Origin: Myxococcota bacterium
GTDB lineage: Bacteria; Myxococcota_A; Polyangia; Nannocystales; Nannocystaceae
Direction: 5' to 3'
DNA length: 64,000 nucleotides
NCBI GenBank assembly: GCA_039028615.1
Contig: JBCCHT010000015.1
Location: 160,001-224,000 of the forward strand
The notes under the pieces were generated by a model, which saw only the letters and a list, made by a program, of their open reading frames with translations, was not told where the DNA came from and ran no database searches. Made by a program: the position numbers and the translations under genes. Shown here one piece after another: positions 55,770 through 64,000 of the stretch (position 1 is its first letter; each line of letters opens with the position of its first letter).

Positions 55770-56828
55770 GTGCGCGCCCTTTGGTCCCAGCTCGACCGCC
55801 TGATCGGCCGGGCCATGCTCGACGAGGAGGACCCCACCGCCCTCGGCCTGTGCCGCATCGTGGTGGTGGGGATCATGACCGCGAGCATGCTGACCCACGT
55901 GGGCGCGGTCTCGGACTACTTCTCGAGCCACGCCCTGCTCAACGGCGAGGCCGCCCGCGAGGCCTTCCACTCCCGCTGGTCGATCTTCTTCACCTTCGAC
56001 GAGCCCTGGCAGGTCCGCACGATCTTCGCGGTGGGGGTGGTGGCGCACCTTCTGTGGCTGGTCGGGCTGTTCACCCGCGTGGCCTCGTTCATCGCGTGGG
56101 GGGTATGGATCAGCATGGTGGGGCGTCAGCCGCTGCTGTACGCGCTGCCCGACCAACTGCACACGGCCCTCATCACCGTGATGATGATCCTACCCGCGGG
56201 GCGAGGCCTGAGCCTCGACGCGCGCTGGCGAGGCAAGCGACGCCCCGTGCCCGTGTGGTGCCGTCGGCTGGTGCAGCTGCAGATCGCGGTCGTGTACGTG
56301 TCCACCGGGGCGCTCAAGAGCGGGGCGACCTGGCGGGACCAGGGCACCGCCATCTACTACACGCTGCTCAACCCCTATAACCGGCACTTCGTGATGGACT
56401 CGTGGCTAGCCTCCATCCAGCCGTGGATCCTGCGCCCCGCCACGTGGGCCACGGTGGTCTGGGAGGTCGGGTTCGGGGGCTTCGTCGTGCTGCACTGGCT
56501 GCGCGAGATGCTGGGGCGGCCGCGTCGCTTTCCCGACCTGCGCAAGATCTTCCTGACCTTCGGGGTGCTGATGCACGGCGGCATCCAGGTGCTGCTGTAC
56601 GTGGAGTGGTTCACCCCGCTGATGATCGCCTCGTACACCGCGTTCCTGACCCCAGACGAGGTCACGCGGGTAGGGGCGTGGTTGCGACGGCGCCGGGGCG
56701 GGGCCCCGAGCGAGGCGGCCCCTGATTCGCCCGACGACGCGGCGGCGGACGAACGCGGGGCCGAGCCAGCCGAAGACGAGCCGGCAGCGGCCGAATCCGA
56801 AGCCTCCGACGACCCGCCCTCGTCGTAG
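55770..56828 (+). CDS. HTTM domain (SdpB-like) membrane protein
   Basis: ALGLCRI, GLFTR, LSLDA, RLVQLQIAVVYVSTGALK..W..GTA, WE, MHGGI. Confidence 0.85.
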   Translation: MRALWSQLDRLIGRAMLDEEDPTALGLCRIVVVGIMTASMLTHVGAVSDYFSSHALLNGEAAREAFHSRWSIFFTFDEPWQVRTIFAVGVVAHLLWLVGLFTRVASFIAWGVWISMVGRQPLLYALPDQLHTALITVMMILPAGRGLSLDARWRGKRRPVPVWCRRLVQLQIAVVYVSTGALKSGATWRDQGTAIYYTLLNPYNRHFVMDSWLASIQPWILRPATWATVVWEVGFGGFVVLHWLREMLGRPRRFPDLRKIFLTFGVLMHGGIQVLLYVEWFTPLMIASYTAFLTPDEVTRVGAWLRRRRGGAPSEAAPDSPDDAAADERGAEPAEDEPAAAESEASDDPPSS

Positions 56829-56866
56829 CTTCGCCGCGGCACCGACTGGTCTACGATGCGGGCCTC

Positions 56867-57124
56867 GTGTCCGCCTCCACCCCGGCCCGACGCACGCTCG
56901 GCGTGATGCTCGTCGTTCTCGTCGTCCTGCACGTGCTGCCGGTCCCAGGCGACCCCAGCTGGACCCTGGCCGGGTTCTTGCCCTGGGACCTGGCCTATCA
57001 CCTGCTGTGGATGGCCGCCGCGACGGTGGTGGTGCTGTACATGACCGGCCCCGCCTGGCCCGAGGAAGCGCCGCCGCAGCGGCAGCCGCCGCTGTCCTCC
57101 GACGAAGGGGGAGGGGACGCATGA
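56867..57124 (+). CDS. Small 2-TM membrane protein (DUF3311-like symporter partner)
   Basis: GFLPWDLAYHLLW; ATGA overlap with the SSS transporter. Confidence 0.7.
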   Translation: MSASTPARRTLGVMLVVLVVLHVLPVPGDPSWTLAGFLPWDLAYHLLWMAAATVVVLYMTGPAWPEEAPPQRQPPLSSDEGGGDA

Positions 57125-58599
57125 GCCTGCCGATGACCCTGCTGACGGTGTGCCTCGTCTACCTGGCGGTGGTGGCCGTGATCGGGGCGGTGGCCTATCG
57201 GCGCACGGGGAGCAGTTCCGAGGAGTACTTCCTCGGCGGACGCACGGCGCGGACGGTGGTGGTGTTCATGGCCCTGCTGGGCACCAACGTCACCCCCTTC
57301 GTGATCATGGGCATCCCCGGGCTCGCCTATCACCACGGGGTGGGGGTCTTCGGGCTCAATGCCGCGATCGTGGCGCTGGGCATCCCGTGGACCTTCTACA
57401 TGATCGGGTGGCCCGCCTGGAAAGCGGCGCGACGCGTGGGCGCCCTGACGCCGGCCGAGCTGTTCGCCGAGCGCCTCGCCAGCCCCGGCCTGGGGGTGGT
57501 GCTCTTCATCGCCTTCGTGGTCTACACGCTGCCCTACCTGGTGACCTCGGTGCTCGGGGTGGGCATCGCGGTGAGCGTGCTGACCCGCGACGCGGTGTCC
57601 TTCGAACTGGCCGCGGCGCTGATCTTGGTGGTCACCATCGCCTACACGGCCACGGGCGGGATGAAGGCCACGATGTGGACCAACGTCTTTCAGGGCTCGG
57701 TGTTCCTCGGGCTGATGGTGGTGGCGTTCTTCGGCGTCGCCGAGGGCCTCGGCGGGTTCTCGGCCGCGACCGAGGCGGTGCGTCAGGCCGCGCCCGAGCT
57801 GCTCACCAAGGGCGACCGACCGCCCTTTGCCCCGGGGGCCTGGGCCTCCTGGGGCCTGGCCATCTCGCTGACGGTCATCGCCTTCCCCCACATGCTGGTG
57901 CGGATCTTCGCTGCGCGCGACGTCGCGGCGCTCAAGAACACCTGCCGGCTCTACCCCCCGATCCTCGTGCTGCTGTGGCTGCCTGCGGTGATGTTCGGCG
58001 TGTGGGGAGCGGCCGCCATCCCGGGCCTCGAGGGGCGAGCCTCGGATCAGATCTTTCCACTTCTCGTCCAGGCTCATTTGGAGCCCGTGCTGCAGGGCGT
58101 GGCGCTGGCCGGGGTGCTCGCCGCAGTGATGTCCACCATCGACGCCCAGTTCCTGACCCTGGGTTCGATGCTCAGCCGTGACGTGGTGCGCCGCCTGGCG
58201 CCCGACATCGAGGACCGCCACGAGGTCGCCTGGGGCCGGGCGTTCGTCCTGCTGCTGGCGGTGGCGACCTACGGCGTCGTGCTCTGGCGGCCCGCCTCGA
58301 TCTTCGACATCGCGACCTTCTCCTTTTCGGGATACGTGATGTTGGTGCCGACGATGATGGGGGCGTTGCACTGGCGGCGGACCACCGCGGTAGGGGCGAT
58401 CGCCTCCATCGTGGCCGGCAATGCGGTGCTGCTATTGACCATGGCCCGCGACCAGCCACTGGGCGGCCTATTGCCGGTCGCGTGGGGGCTGGCCGCCGCT
58501 ATCGTGGCTCTGGTGGCGGGCTCTTTGCTGTCGCGACCGCCTCGGCGTGCCGTCATCGACCGCGCAATGGGCCCGGTCGAGCCTTCCGGGGCCCCGTAA
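57121..58599 (+). CDS. Sodium:solute symporter (SSS family)
   Basis: EYFLGGR, GIPGLAY, YTATGGMKATMWT, FPHMLVRIF, AAVMSTID. Confidence 0.92.
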   Translation: MSLPMTLLTVCLVYLAVVAVIGAVAYRRTGSSSEEYFLGGRTARTVVVFMALLGTNVTPFVIMGIPGLAYHHGVGVFGLNAAIVALGIPWTFYMIGWPAWKAARRVGALTPAELFAERLASPGLGVVLFIAFVVYTLPYLVTSVLGVGIAVSVLTRDAVSFELAAALILVVTIAYTATGGMKATMWTNVFQGSVFLGLMVVAFFGVAEGLGGFSAATEAVRQAAPELLTKGDRPPFAPGAWASWGLAISLTVIAFPHMLVRIFAARDVAALKNTCRLYPPILVLLWLPAVMFGVWGAAAIPGLEGRASDQIFPLLVQAHLEPVLQGVALAGVLAAVMSTIDAQFLTLGSMLSRDVVRRLAPDIEDRHEVAWGRAFVLLLAVATYGVVLWRPASIFDIATFSFSGYVMLVPTMMGALHWRRTTAVGAIASIVAGNAVLLLTMARDQPLGGLLPVAWGLAAAIVALVAGSLLSRPPRRAVIDRAMGPVEPSGAP

Positions 58600-58646
58600 T
58601 TGACGGTGCGCTACCGCCTTGGAGTGTCCTACACTTTCGGGCGAGC

Positions 58647-59609
58647 ATGGCGAAGTTGCTAGAGTACAACGCGACTCTTGTCGAACGTGTCGACATAGAG
58701 CCGGCATTATCGATCTTCAAGGTCAAGCCGGACTCGATCGTTCGCAAGGGTGAAGCGGATGACCCTTGGTTCATCCCCGGGCAGTATCTGACCATCGGTC
58801 TCAACCGAGAGGAGAGCGAAGGCGAGGACGACCCGCGACCCGTCTCGGTGCGGCGCCCGATGTCCATCGCCTCCGCGCCCGAAGAGGGAGAGATAGCGGA
58901 GTTCTACATCCGCTACGTCAATCATCCCGAGTCGGACCTTCCGCTGACGCATCTCATCTGGAAGATCCAAGAGGGCGCGCGGATGTTCTGCCGCCCCGCG
59001 GCGGTGGGCAAGTTCACGCTGCACGACACCATCGGGGCCGACGACCCTCGACTCAAGGTGTTCGTGGCGGCGGGCACCGGGCTCGCGCCGTTCATCAGCA
59101 TGGCGCGCAGCAAGATCCTTCGCGACCCCAACGCTCGGCTCGACGACATGGCCATCCTGCACGGGGCGAGCTACTCCAAGAGTCTCGGCTACCGCGAGGA
59201 GCTCGAGCGGCTGTCGAAGGAACGCGGCCTGCGCTACGTGCCGACCATCAGCCGCCCCAAGGAAGAGCCCGACTGGGACGGCGCCACGGGGCGGGTCGAG
59301 GCGTTGTTCGAGCCCGATCGCATCGAGGACACCGAGGCCCGCCTGGGTCTCGAGGCCGGGGCGATCAACCCGAAGAGCGCCGCCATCCTCATCTGCGGCC
59401 TGCAGGGGACCATCGCCAACACCATCTTGCACACCATCCCGCGGGGCTTCGTGCCCGACCACCGCAGGATTCGGCGGGCGCTCGACGTCGACGACTCGCG
59501 CGACGCCACCTTGTTCTGGGAGCAGTACGACAGCACGCCCGTGCTCGACACCAAGGACGAGGCGCTCATGGCCAAGCTGAAGGCTCAGCTGGCCGCCGCC
59601 TTGGGCTGA
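58647..59609 (+). CDS. fpr: Ferredoxin--NADP+ reductase
   Basis: FIPGQY, RRPMSIAS, AAGTGLAPF, YVPTISRP, GRV, ICG. Confidence 0.85.
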   Translation: MAKLLEYNATLVERVDIEPALSIFKVKPDSIVRKGEADDPWFIPGQYLTIGLNREESEGEDDPRPVSVRRPMSIASAPEEGEIAEFYIRYVNHPESDLPLTHLIWKIQEGARMFCRPAAVGKFTLHDTIGADDPRLKVFVAAGTGLAPFISMARSKILRDPNARLDDMAILHGASYSKSLGYREELERLSKERGLRYVPTISRPKEEPDWDGATGRVEALFEPDRIEDTEARLGLEAGAINPKSAAILICGLQGTIANTILHTIPRGFVPDHRRIRRALDVDDSRDATLFWEQYDSTPVLDTKDEALMAKLKAQLAAALG

Positions 59610-59827
59610 GCGAAGTCGGTGGGCCGTGAGAGGCCCACCGCGCGGACGCACGCCGGGACGGGCGTGTGTCGTTGATGTCGTAGCCGCGGTTACGTGGATT
59701 CGGTCTCCTGACGACCGAGCGCGGCCGGATGAATGGTTTTGCCCGAGCTGGGGCACTCCAATTCATGGCGGCTCACCAACCATGCTCGTGCGTCGCCGAT
59801 CTCCATCGATGGGGGAGGAACGACATC

Positions 59828-60490
59828 ATGAGCAACGCGATTCGACATATCACCGTGGCGCTATATCTCGCCGGAACGACGGCCCTGGGAGTGACCGGCT
59901 GTGACACCACCGAGGGGGTCGAAGAGGCCACCGAGGCCGAGGCCGAGGTGGCCTTTCGGACGAATCCCGACGGGGACGACCCCGACCTGACCGAGTTCTG
60001 CGAGGACTATGACGGCAGCTGGGTCCGCTTTCGCACCGTATTCGGGGGCAGCTTCATCACCGCCGACGGCACGGATGGGGTGACCTATCGGCGCGTGCAC
60101 GAGCTGCCTCCGGGCGAGGCGAACCGGATGTGGTGGAAGGTCGACTGCAACAGCTGCAACGAGAGCGCTCGCTTCGAGAACACCCTCACGGGCAACAGCC
60201 TGTTTGCCCGCTACGACTCGTTCGACGGCAATAAAGGCGTCGTGGTCCAGGCTCCCGGCAACCAGCACACGGATTCGCTGCGGCGGCAGTATCGCTTCGA
60301 CGTGCGACCCGTGCTGAGGCCCGATGGCCAGGCGTCTGGGATGTGGACCCTGAAGTCGAACAAGTGGAACGGCGCCAAGAACTGGGCCTATCCCGAGTTC
60401 GGAGGCAACATCCGGGTCAGCGACGCCCGGCCCACCGACGACTGGGAGAAGGTGACGATCGAGGCGTACGGGGCGACGGCCACGGAGTGA
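59828..60490 (+). CDS. Lipoprotein with possible beta-trefoil (fascin/ricin-like) domain
   Basis: GVTG-C lipobox, acidic linker, three ~45-aa Trp-containing repeats. Confidence 0.6.
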   Translation: MSNAIRHITVALYLAGTTALGVTGCDTTEGVEEATEAEAEVAFRTNPDGDDPDLTEFCEDYDGSWVRFRTVFGGSFITADGTDGVTYRRVHELPPGEANRMWWKVDCNSCNESARFENTLTGNSLFARYDSFDGNKGVVVQAPGNQHTDSLRRQYRFDVRPVLRPDGQASGMWTLKSNKWNGAKNWAYPEFGGNIRVSDARPTDDWEKVTIEAYGATATE

Positions 60491-60538
60491 GGCCGTCGTA
60501 CCGGTCGGTGGTGGGTCCGCGGATGGGCCGTGCTTCCG

Positions 60539-61411
60539 TCACTCGCCGGTATGGGGCGGGTCTCCCGGGGAGCGATAGCGATCGAGCGGGCTGCGAACCG
60601 CGTCGCTGCCGTAGTAGTGGCCGCTGCCCTCCGGTTGCCCGAAGAGCAGGAACAACGCGGACGCGGCCCCTTCGCGCGGTGTCTTCATGCCCGCGTCCGC
60701 TGCGGTGCGTCCTCCGAGGTAGGACTGCGTCAGATCGGTCGCGATGAAGCCCGGAGTGCAGGCATTGACCACCAGCTGCGGGTTCTCTCGCGCGAGGTGG
60801 ATCGTCAGCGCGTTCGCGCAGGCCTTGGACAGGCCGTAGGGCGAGCCGTCGCTCAACCCTCGCGAGGCGAACGCGGCTGCGTCTCCGGCCAGCGCCACGC
60901 TGTCGTTCATCAGCGCGTCGATCTCGGCCCAGGTGATGTCGTTGCGGGTGAACGAGCGCTGCTGGTCCGGCCCGCACTTGGCCACGAACATGGGACCGGC
61001 CGCCGACGTGACGTTGACGACGCGCCCGCCCGCGGACAGCCGAGGGATCAACGCGGTGCACACCCGATGGATGCCGCGCACGTTGACCTGCAGCACGGGG
61101 TCGAGGTCGGCGATCCCGATGCCGATGCCCGCGTTGTTCACGATGCCGTAGAGCCCATCATCGCCGCTTGCATCGGCGATGACCTTCGCGGCGGCCTGCA
61201 CCGAGGCGTCGCTGGAGACGTCCAGCTCCACGACCTGCAGCCGCTCGGCCCGGCCGGGGCCGCCCGCACGGATTTTCTCGGCTGCTGCTTCGCCGCGGCC
61301 GAGGTCGCGCGACCCGAGGAAGACGAAGGTATCGTCCGGCTCCTCCAAGATCCGCTCGGCGATCGCGTGTCCGATACCCTTGTTCGCTCCGGTGACCAGT
61401 ATTCTCCGCAT
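60539..61411 (-). CDS. Short-chain dehydrogenase/reductase (carbonyl reductase-like)
   Basis: TGANKGIG, NNAG, YGLSK, PGFIATDL. Confidence 0.93.
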   Translation of the reverse strand: MRRILVTGANKGIGHAIAERILEEPDDTFVFLGSRDLGRGEAAAEKIRAGGPGRAERLQVVELDVSSDASVQAAAKVIADASGDDGLYGIVNNAGIGIGIADLDPVLQVNVRGIHRVCTALIPRLSAGGRVVNVTSAAGPMFVAKCGPDQQRSFTRNDITWAEIDALMNDSVALAGDAAAFASRGLSDGSPYGLSKACANALTIHLARENPQLVVNACTPGFIATDLTQSYLGGRTAADAGMKTPREGAASALFLLFGQPEGSGHYYGSDAVRSPLDRYRSPGDPPHTGE

Positions 61412-61525
61412 GGCGTCCTCCGCTCGGGTGGGACCGTCCTCGATCCTCGCAGTGTTACGGGAAACCACGAAAATGGCCGGGAGCCGCGACGGATCGCGGT
61501 CTCCCGGCCAATCTGGGGCAGGGCC

Positions 61526-63550
61526 CTACTGCGCGGCCTGAGCGGGTGACTCGGCCAGCGAGGCGATGAGCTTGGGCACCGTGAACGGCCCCAGGCCGCC
61601 GATGAACTCGTCGACCTTCAGCTCACCGAGGTCGTCGGCATCGCGGCACCGCACGTTGATGGTGCCGTTTTCCGCTTCCTTCTGCCCCACCACGACCAGG
61701 TAGGGCACCTTCTGCATGGTGGCGCCGCGGATCTTGTAGCCGAGCCGCTCGTCGCTGCTGTCGACGTGGGTGCGCAGCCCCTCGGCCCGCATCGCGGTGG
61801 CGACCTGCTGGGCGTAGTCGGCGTACTTCTCGGACACGGGCAGCACGCGGACTTGCTCGGGCGCCAGCCACAGCGGGAAGGCCCCGGCGAAGTGCTCGGT
61901 GATGATGCCGAAGAAGCGCTCCAGCGACCCGTAGCAGGCCCGGTGCACCATGACCGGGGTATGGCGGGCCCCGTCGGCGCCGACGTACTCGAGCCCGAAA
62001 CGGTTGGGCATGGAAAAGTCGACCTGGATGGTGCCGCACTGCCACGAGCGACCCAGCGAGTCGCGGATGTGGAAGTCGATCTTCGGGCCGTAGAAGGCAC
62101 CGTCGCCCGGGTTGACCTGGTAGTCGCGGTTGCCCGCCTCGAGCGCGCCCTTGAGCGCGGACTCGGCCTTTTCCCACACCTCGTCGCTACCGATGGACTT
62201 GTCGGGGCGGGTGCTGAGCTCGAGCCGCACGTCGTCCAGCCCGAACACGCCGTAGACCTCGAAGAAGAACGAGATCAGCATGTGAATCTCGCTCTCGAGC
62301 TGGTCGGGCGTGCAGAAGTGATGCGCGTCGTCTTGGACGAAGGCCTGCACGCGGAACATGCCGTGGCGTACCCCGGACAGCTCGCGCCGATGCACCTGAC
62401 CCATCTCGGCGATCCGCAGCGGCAGCTCGTGGTGGCTGTGCATGCGGTGCTTGTAGATCATGAGGTGGCCCGGGCAGTTCATGGGCTTGACCGCCATGGG
62501 CCGGTCTTCTTCGCCGTCTTCTTGGCCCTTGAGCTTGCGGCGCGTGAAGAACATGTTCTCCATGTAGTGGTCGTAGTGACCGGAGGTGTGCCACGTGGTC
62601 TCGGGCAGGATGAGCGGCGTGCGGACCTCGGCGTACTCACGCCGCTGCAGCTGCGCCCGCATGAAGTCCATGAGGCCGTTGTAGACGGTGGTGCCCTTGG
62701 GGTGCAGGAAGGGGAAGCCGGGCGCCTCCTCCACGAAGTGGAACAGGTCGAGCTTCTCGCCGAGCACCCGGTGGTCGCGCTTTTTGGCCTCTTCGAGCAG
62801 GTGCAGGTAGTCCTCGAGCTCCTTCTTGCTGAAGAAGGCCGTGCCGTAGACCCGCACCAGCTGCTCGCGGCTGGCGTCGGCGCGCCAGTAGGCGCCCGCG
62901 ATCTTCATGAGCTTGGTGTGCTTGAGCCACTTGGCGCTGGGCACGTGCGGCCCGCGGCACAAGTCGATGAACTTGCCCGTGCGATAGAAGCTGACCGTGG
63001 GCGCGTCTTTGTCCCCGGAGAAGGCCCCGTGCTCCTCGAGCCCGGCGATGATCTCCTGCTTGAAGGGGTTGGCCCCGCCGTCGATGGCCACGTACTCCTG
63101 GTAGACCGCGGCGTCCTTGGCCGTGGCTTCACAGCGCTCGAAGGGGGCGTTGACCTTCGCGAGCTTGGCCATGCGCGCCTCGATGCGTGGGAAGTCGTTC
63201 TCCGACAGCGATGCGCCCTCGGGCACGTGGATGTCGTAGTAGAACCCGTCGTCCGTGGTGGGCCCGATGGTGAGCTGGGCCCCCGGGACCTCTTCGAGGA
63301 TTGCGGCGGCCATCAGGTGCGCGGCCGAGTGGCGCAAGGTGTCGAGGGCCAACGGCTCCTTGTCGGTCACGATCTTCACCTGGTCGCCATCGGCCAGGAC
63401 ATGGCGGAGGTCGACCGGCTGCTCGTTGACCACGCCGAGCACGGAGGCCTTGGCCAGCCGCGGCGAGATGGCCTTGGCTAGATCGAAGATCGTACTGCCA
63501 GGAGGGAGCTCCTTGGCGGAGCCGTCGGGAAGCGAAACGCTGATGCTCAT
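61526..63550 (-). CDS. thrS: Threonine--tRNA ligase
   Basis: TGS domain, RHSAAH, DLCRGPH, RDHR, KPMNCPGH, QDDAH, FYGPKID, QCGTIQ, HRA..GSLERF. Confidence 0.98.
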   Translation of the reverse strand: MSISVSLPDGSAKELPPGSTIFDLAKAISPRLAKASVLGVVNEQPVDLRHVLADGDQVKIVTDKEPLALDTLRHSAAHLMAAAILEEVPGAQLTIGPTTDDGFYYDIHVPEGASLSENDFPRIEARMAKLAKVNAPFERCEATAKDAAVYQEYVAIDGGANPFKQEIIAGLEEHGAFSGDKDAPTVSFYRTGKFIDLCRGPHVPSAKWLKHTKLMKIAGAYWRADASREQLVRVYGTAFFSKKELEDYLHLLEEAKKRDHRVLGEKLDLFHFVEEAPGFPFLHPKGTTVYNGLMDFMRAQLQRREYAEVRTPLILPETTWHTSGHYDHYMENMFFTRRKLKGQEDGEEDRPMAVKPMNCPGHLMIYKHRMHSHHELPLRIAEMGQVHRRELSGVRHGMFRVQAFVQDDAHHFCTPDQLESEIHMLISFFFEVYGVFGLDDVRLELSTRPDKSIGSDEVWEKAESALKGALEAGNRDYQVNPGDGAFYGPKIDFHIRDSLGRSWQCGTIQVDFSMPNRFGLEYVGADGARHTPVMVHRACYGSLERFFGIITEHFAGAFPLWLAPEQVRVLPVSEKYADYAQQVATAMRAEGLRTHVDSSDERLGYKIRGATMQKVPYLVVVGQKEAENGTINVRCRDADDLGELKVDEFIGGLGPFTVPKLIASLAESPAQAAQ

Positions 63551-63609
63551 CAGATTGCCTGTTGCTTGGCCGGGAACCCGGCAAGGGCGAGGGACGACGG
63601 AGGGTAAAC

Positions 63610-63641
63610 CAACGAAAAGACCCCCGGGTGGCCGGGGGTCT
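63610..63641 (-). terminator. Intrinsic terminator (attenuator) in the thrS leader
   Basis: Minus strand AGACCCCCGG-CCAC-CCGGGGGTCT followed by TTTCGTTGGTTT. Confidence 0.9.
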
Positions 63642-63672
63642 CTCACACGCGCGTGACACCACTCCGGCCGGC

Positions 63673-63720
63673 TTACGCCGTGTCGGTAGTCGTAGTGGTG
63701 CCGCGGGTCGAAGCGTGCAT
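63673..63720 (-). CDS. Thr-rich leader peptide MHASTRGTTTTTDTA upstream of thrS
   Basis: ATG CAC GCT TCG ACC CGC GGC ACC ACT ACG ACT ACC GAC ACG GCG TAA: 7 of 15 codons are Thr, five of them consecutive. Confidence 0.9.
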   Translation of the reverse strand: MHASTRGTTTTTDTA

Positions 63721-63812
63721 CGTGCGTTCACCATATCGCCTGGAGCCCCAGAGGCAAGCCCCGAGTGCAAAGCGTGATGTGCGCGGCCTGAAATGAGGAC
63801 GTCCGCGCCAGG

Positions 63813-64000
63813 CTAGCCGTCGTCCTCCCAGCCCGAGATCGGGTCCGCGGGGGTGCGCGCAAAGCAGGCGAACTGGAGGGTCCGGGTGGTGCCGGGCTCG
63901 TTCACATAGCGAAGCCCGGTGAAGCCGTGCTGCCCGAAGAACTCGTTGACCGGCAGGGTACCGGGGGCGATCTGGTACAGGGTGGTCGAGCTCAGGGCGC
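63813..64000 (-). CDS. 3' end of an unknown gene entering from the right edge
   Basis: Open GC3-biased frame ..ALSSTTLYQIAPG..FACFARTPADPISGWEDDG* ending in TAG at 63815-63813. Confidence 0.6.
   Translation of the reverse strand, partial: ALSSTTLYQIAPGTLPVNEFFGQHGFTGLRYVNEPGTTRTLQFACFARTPADPISGWEDDG

Noticed and set aside
63551..63800. T-box riboswitch or tRNA upstream of thrS
   Set aside because: No T-box consensus or cloverleaf; the leader peptide plus terminator explains the region.
1..64000. CRISPR arrays, IS elements, rRNA/tRNA
   Set aside because: No regularly spaced repeats, transposase motifs or structural RNA signatures were noticed by eye.

Overview
High-GC window from a myxobacterium, most likely Nannocystaceae-like; this is inferred from the many Cys-rich lipoproteins, vWA lipoproteins, a TPR Ser/Thr kinase and a MYXO-CTERM protein. 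The left ~16 kb is the distal part of an extracellular contractile injection system (eCIS)-type operon that runs off the left edge. It holds a giant baseplate-J protein with inserted beta-propellers, a tail/baseplate wedge protein, and a DUF6519 protein carrying LamG, Kelch and GH75-like domains. These are followed by a translationally coupled glycosyltransferase-methyltransferase, a DUF1906 (GH25-like) lipoprotein, a DUF4157 effector with a DUF3990/ADP-ribosyltransferase-like C-terminus, and a YbjN-like partner. The rest is housekeeping and accessory genes: transporters, secreted hydrolases and peptidases, PrkA, DacB, Fpr and ThrS. Notable features missed by the ORF track are a complete Thr-rich leader-peptide attenuator upstream of thrS, a TetR gene that appears to start at ATC together with a palindromic candidate operator, an SdpA/SdpB-like pair coupled to a MYXO-CTERM metallopeptidase, and an unknown two-gene operon with a BPI/TULIP-like protein. 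No tRNA, rRNA, CRISPR array or transposase was seen. All family assignments come from motif recognition by eye, not database searches.
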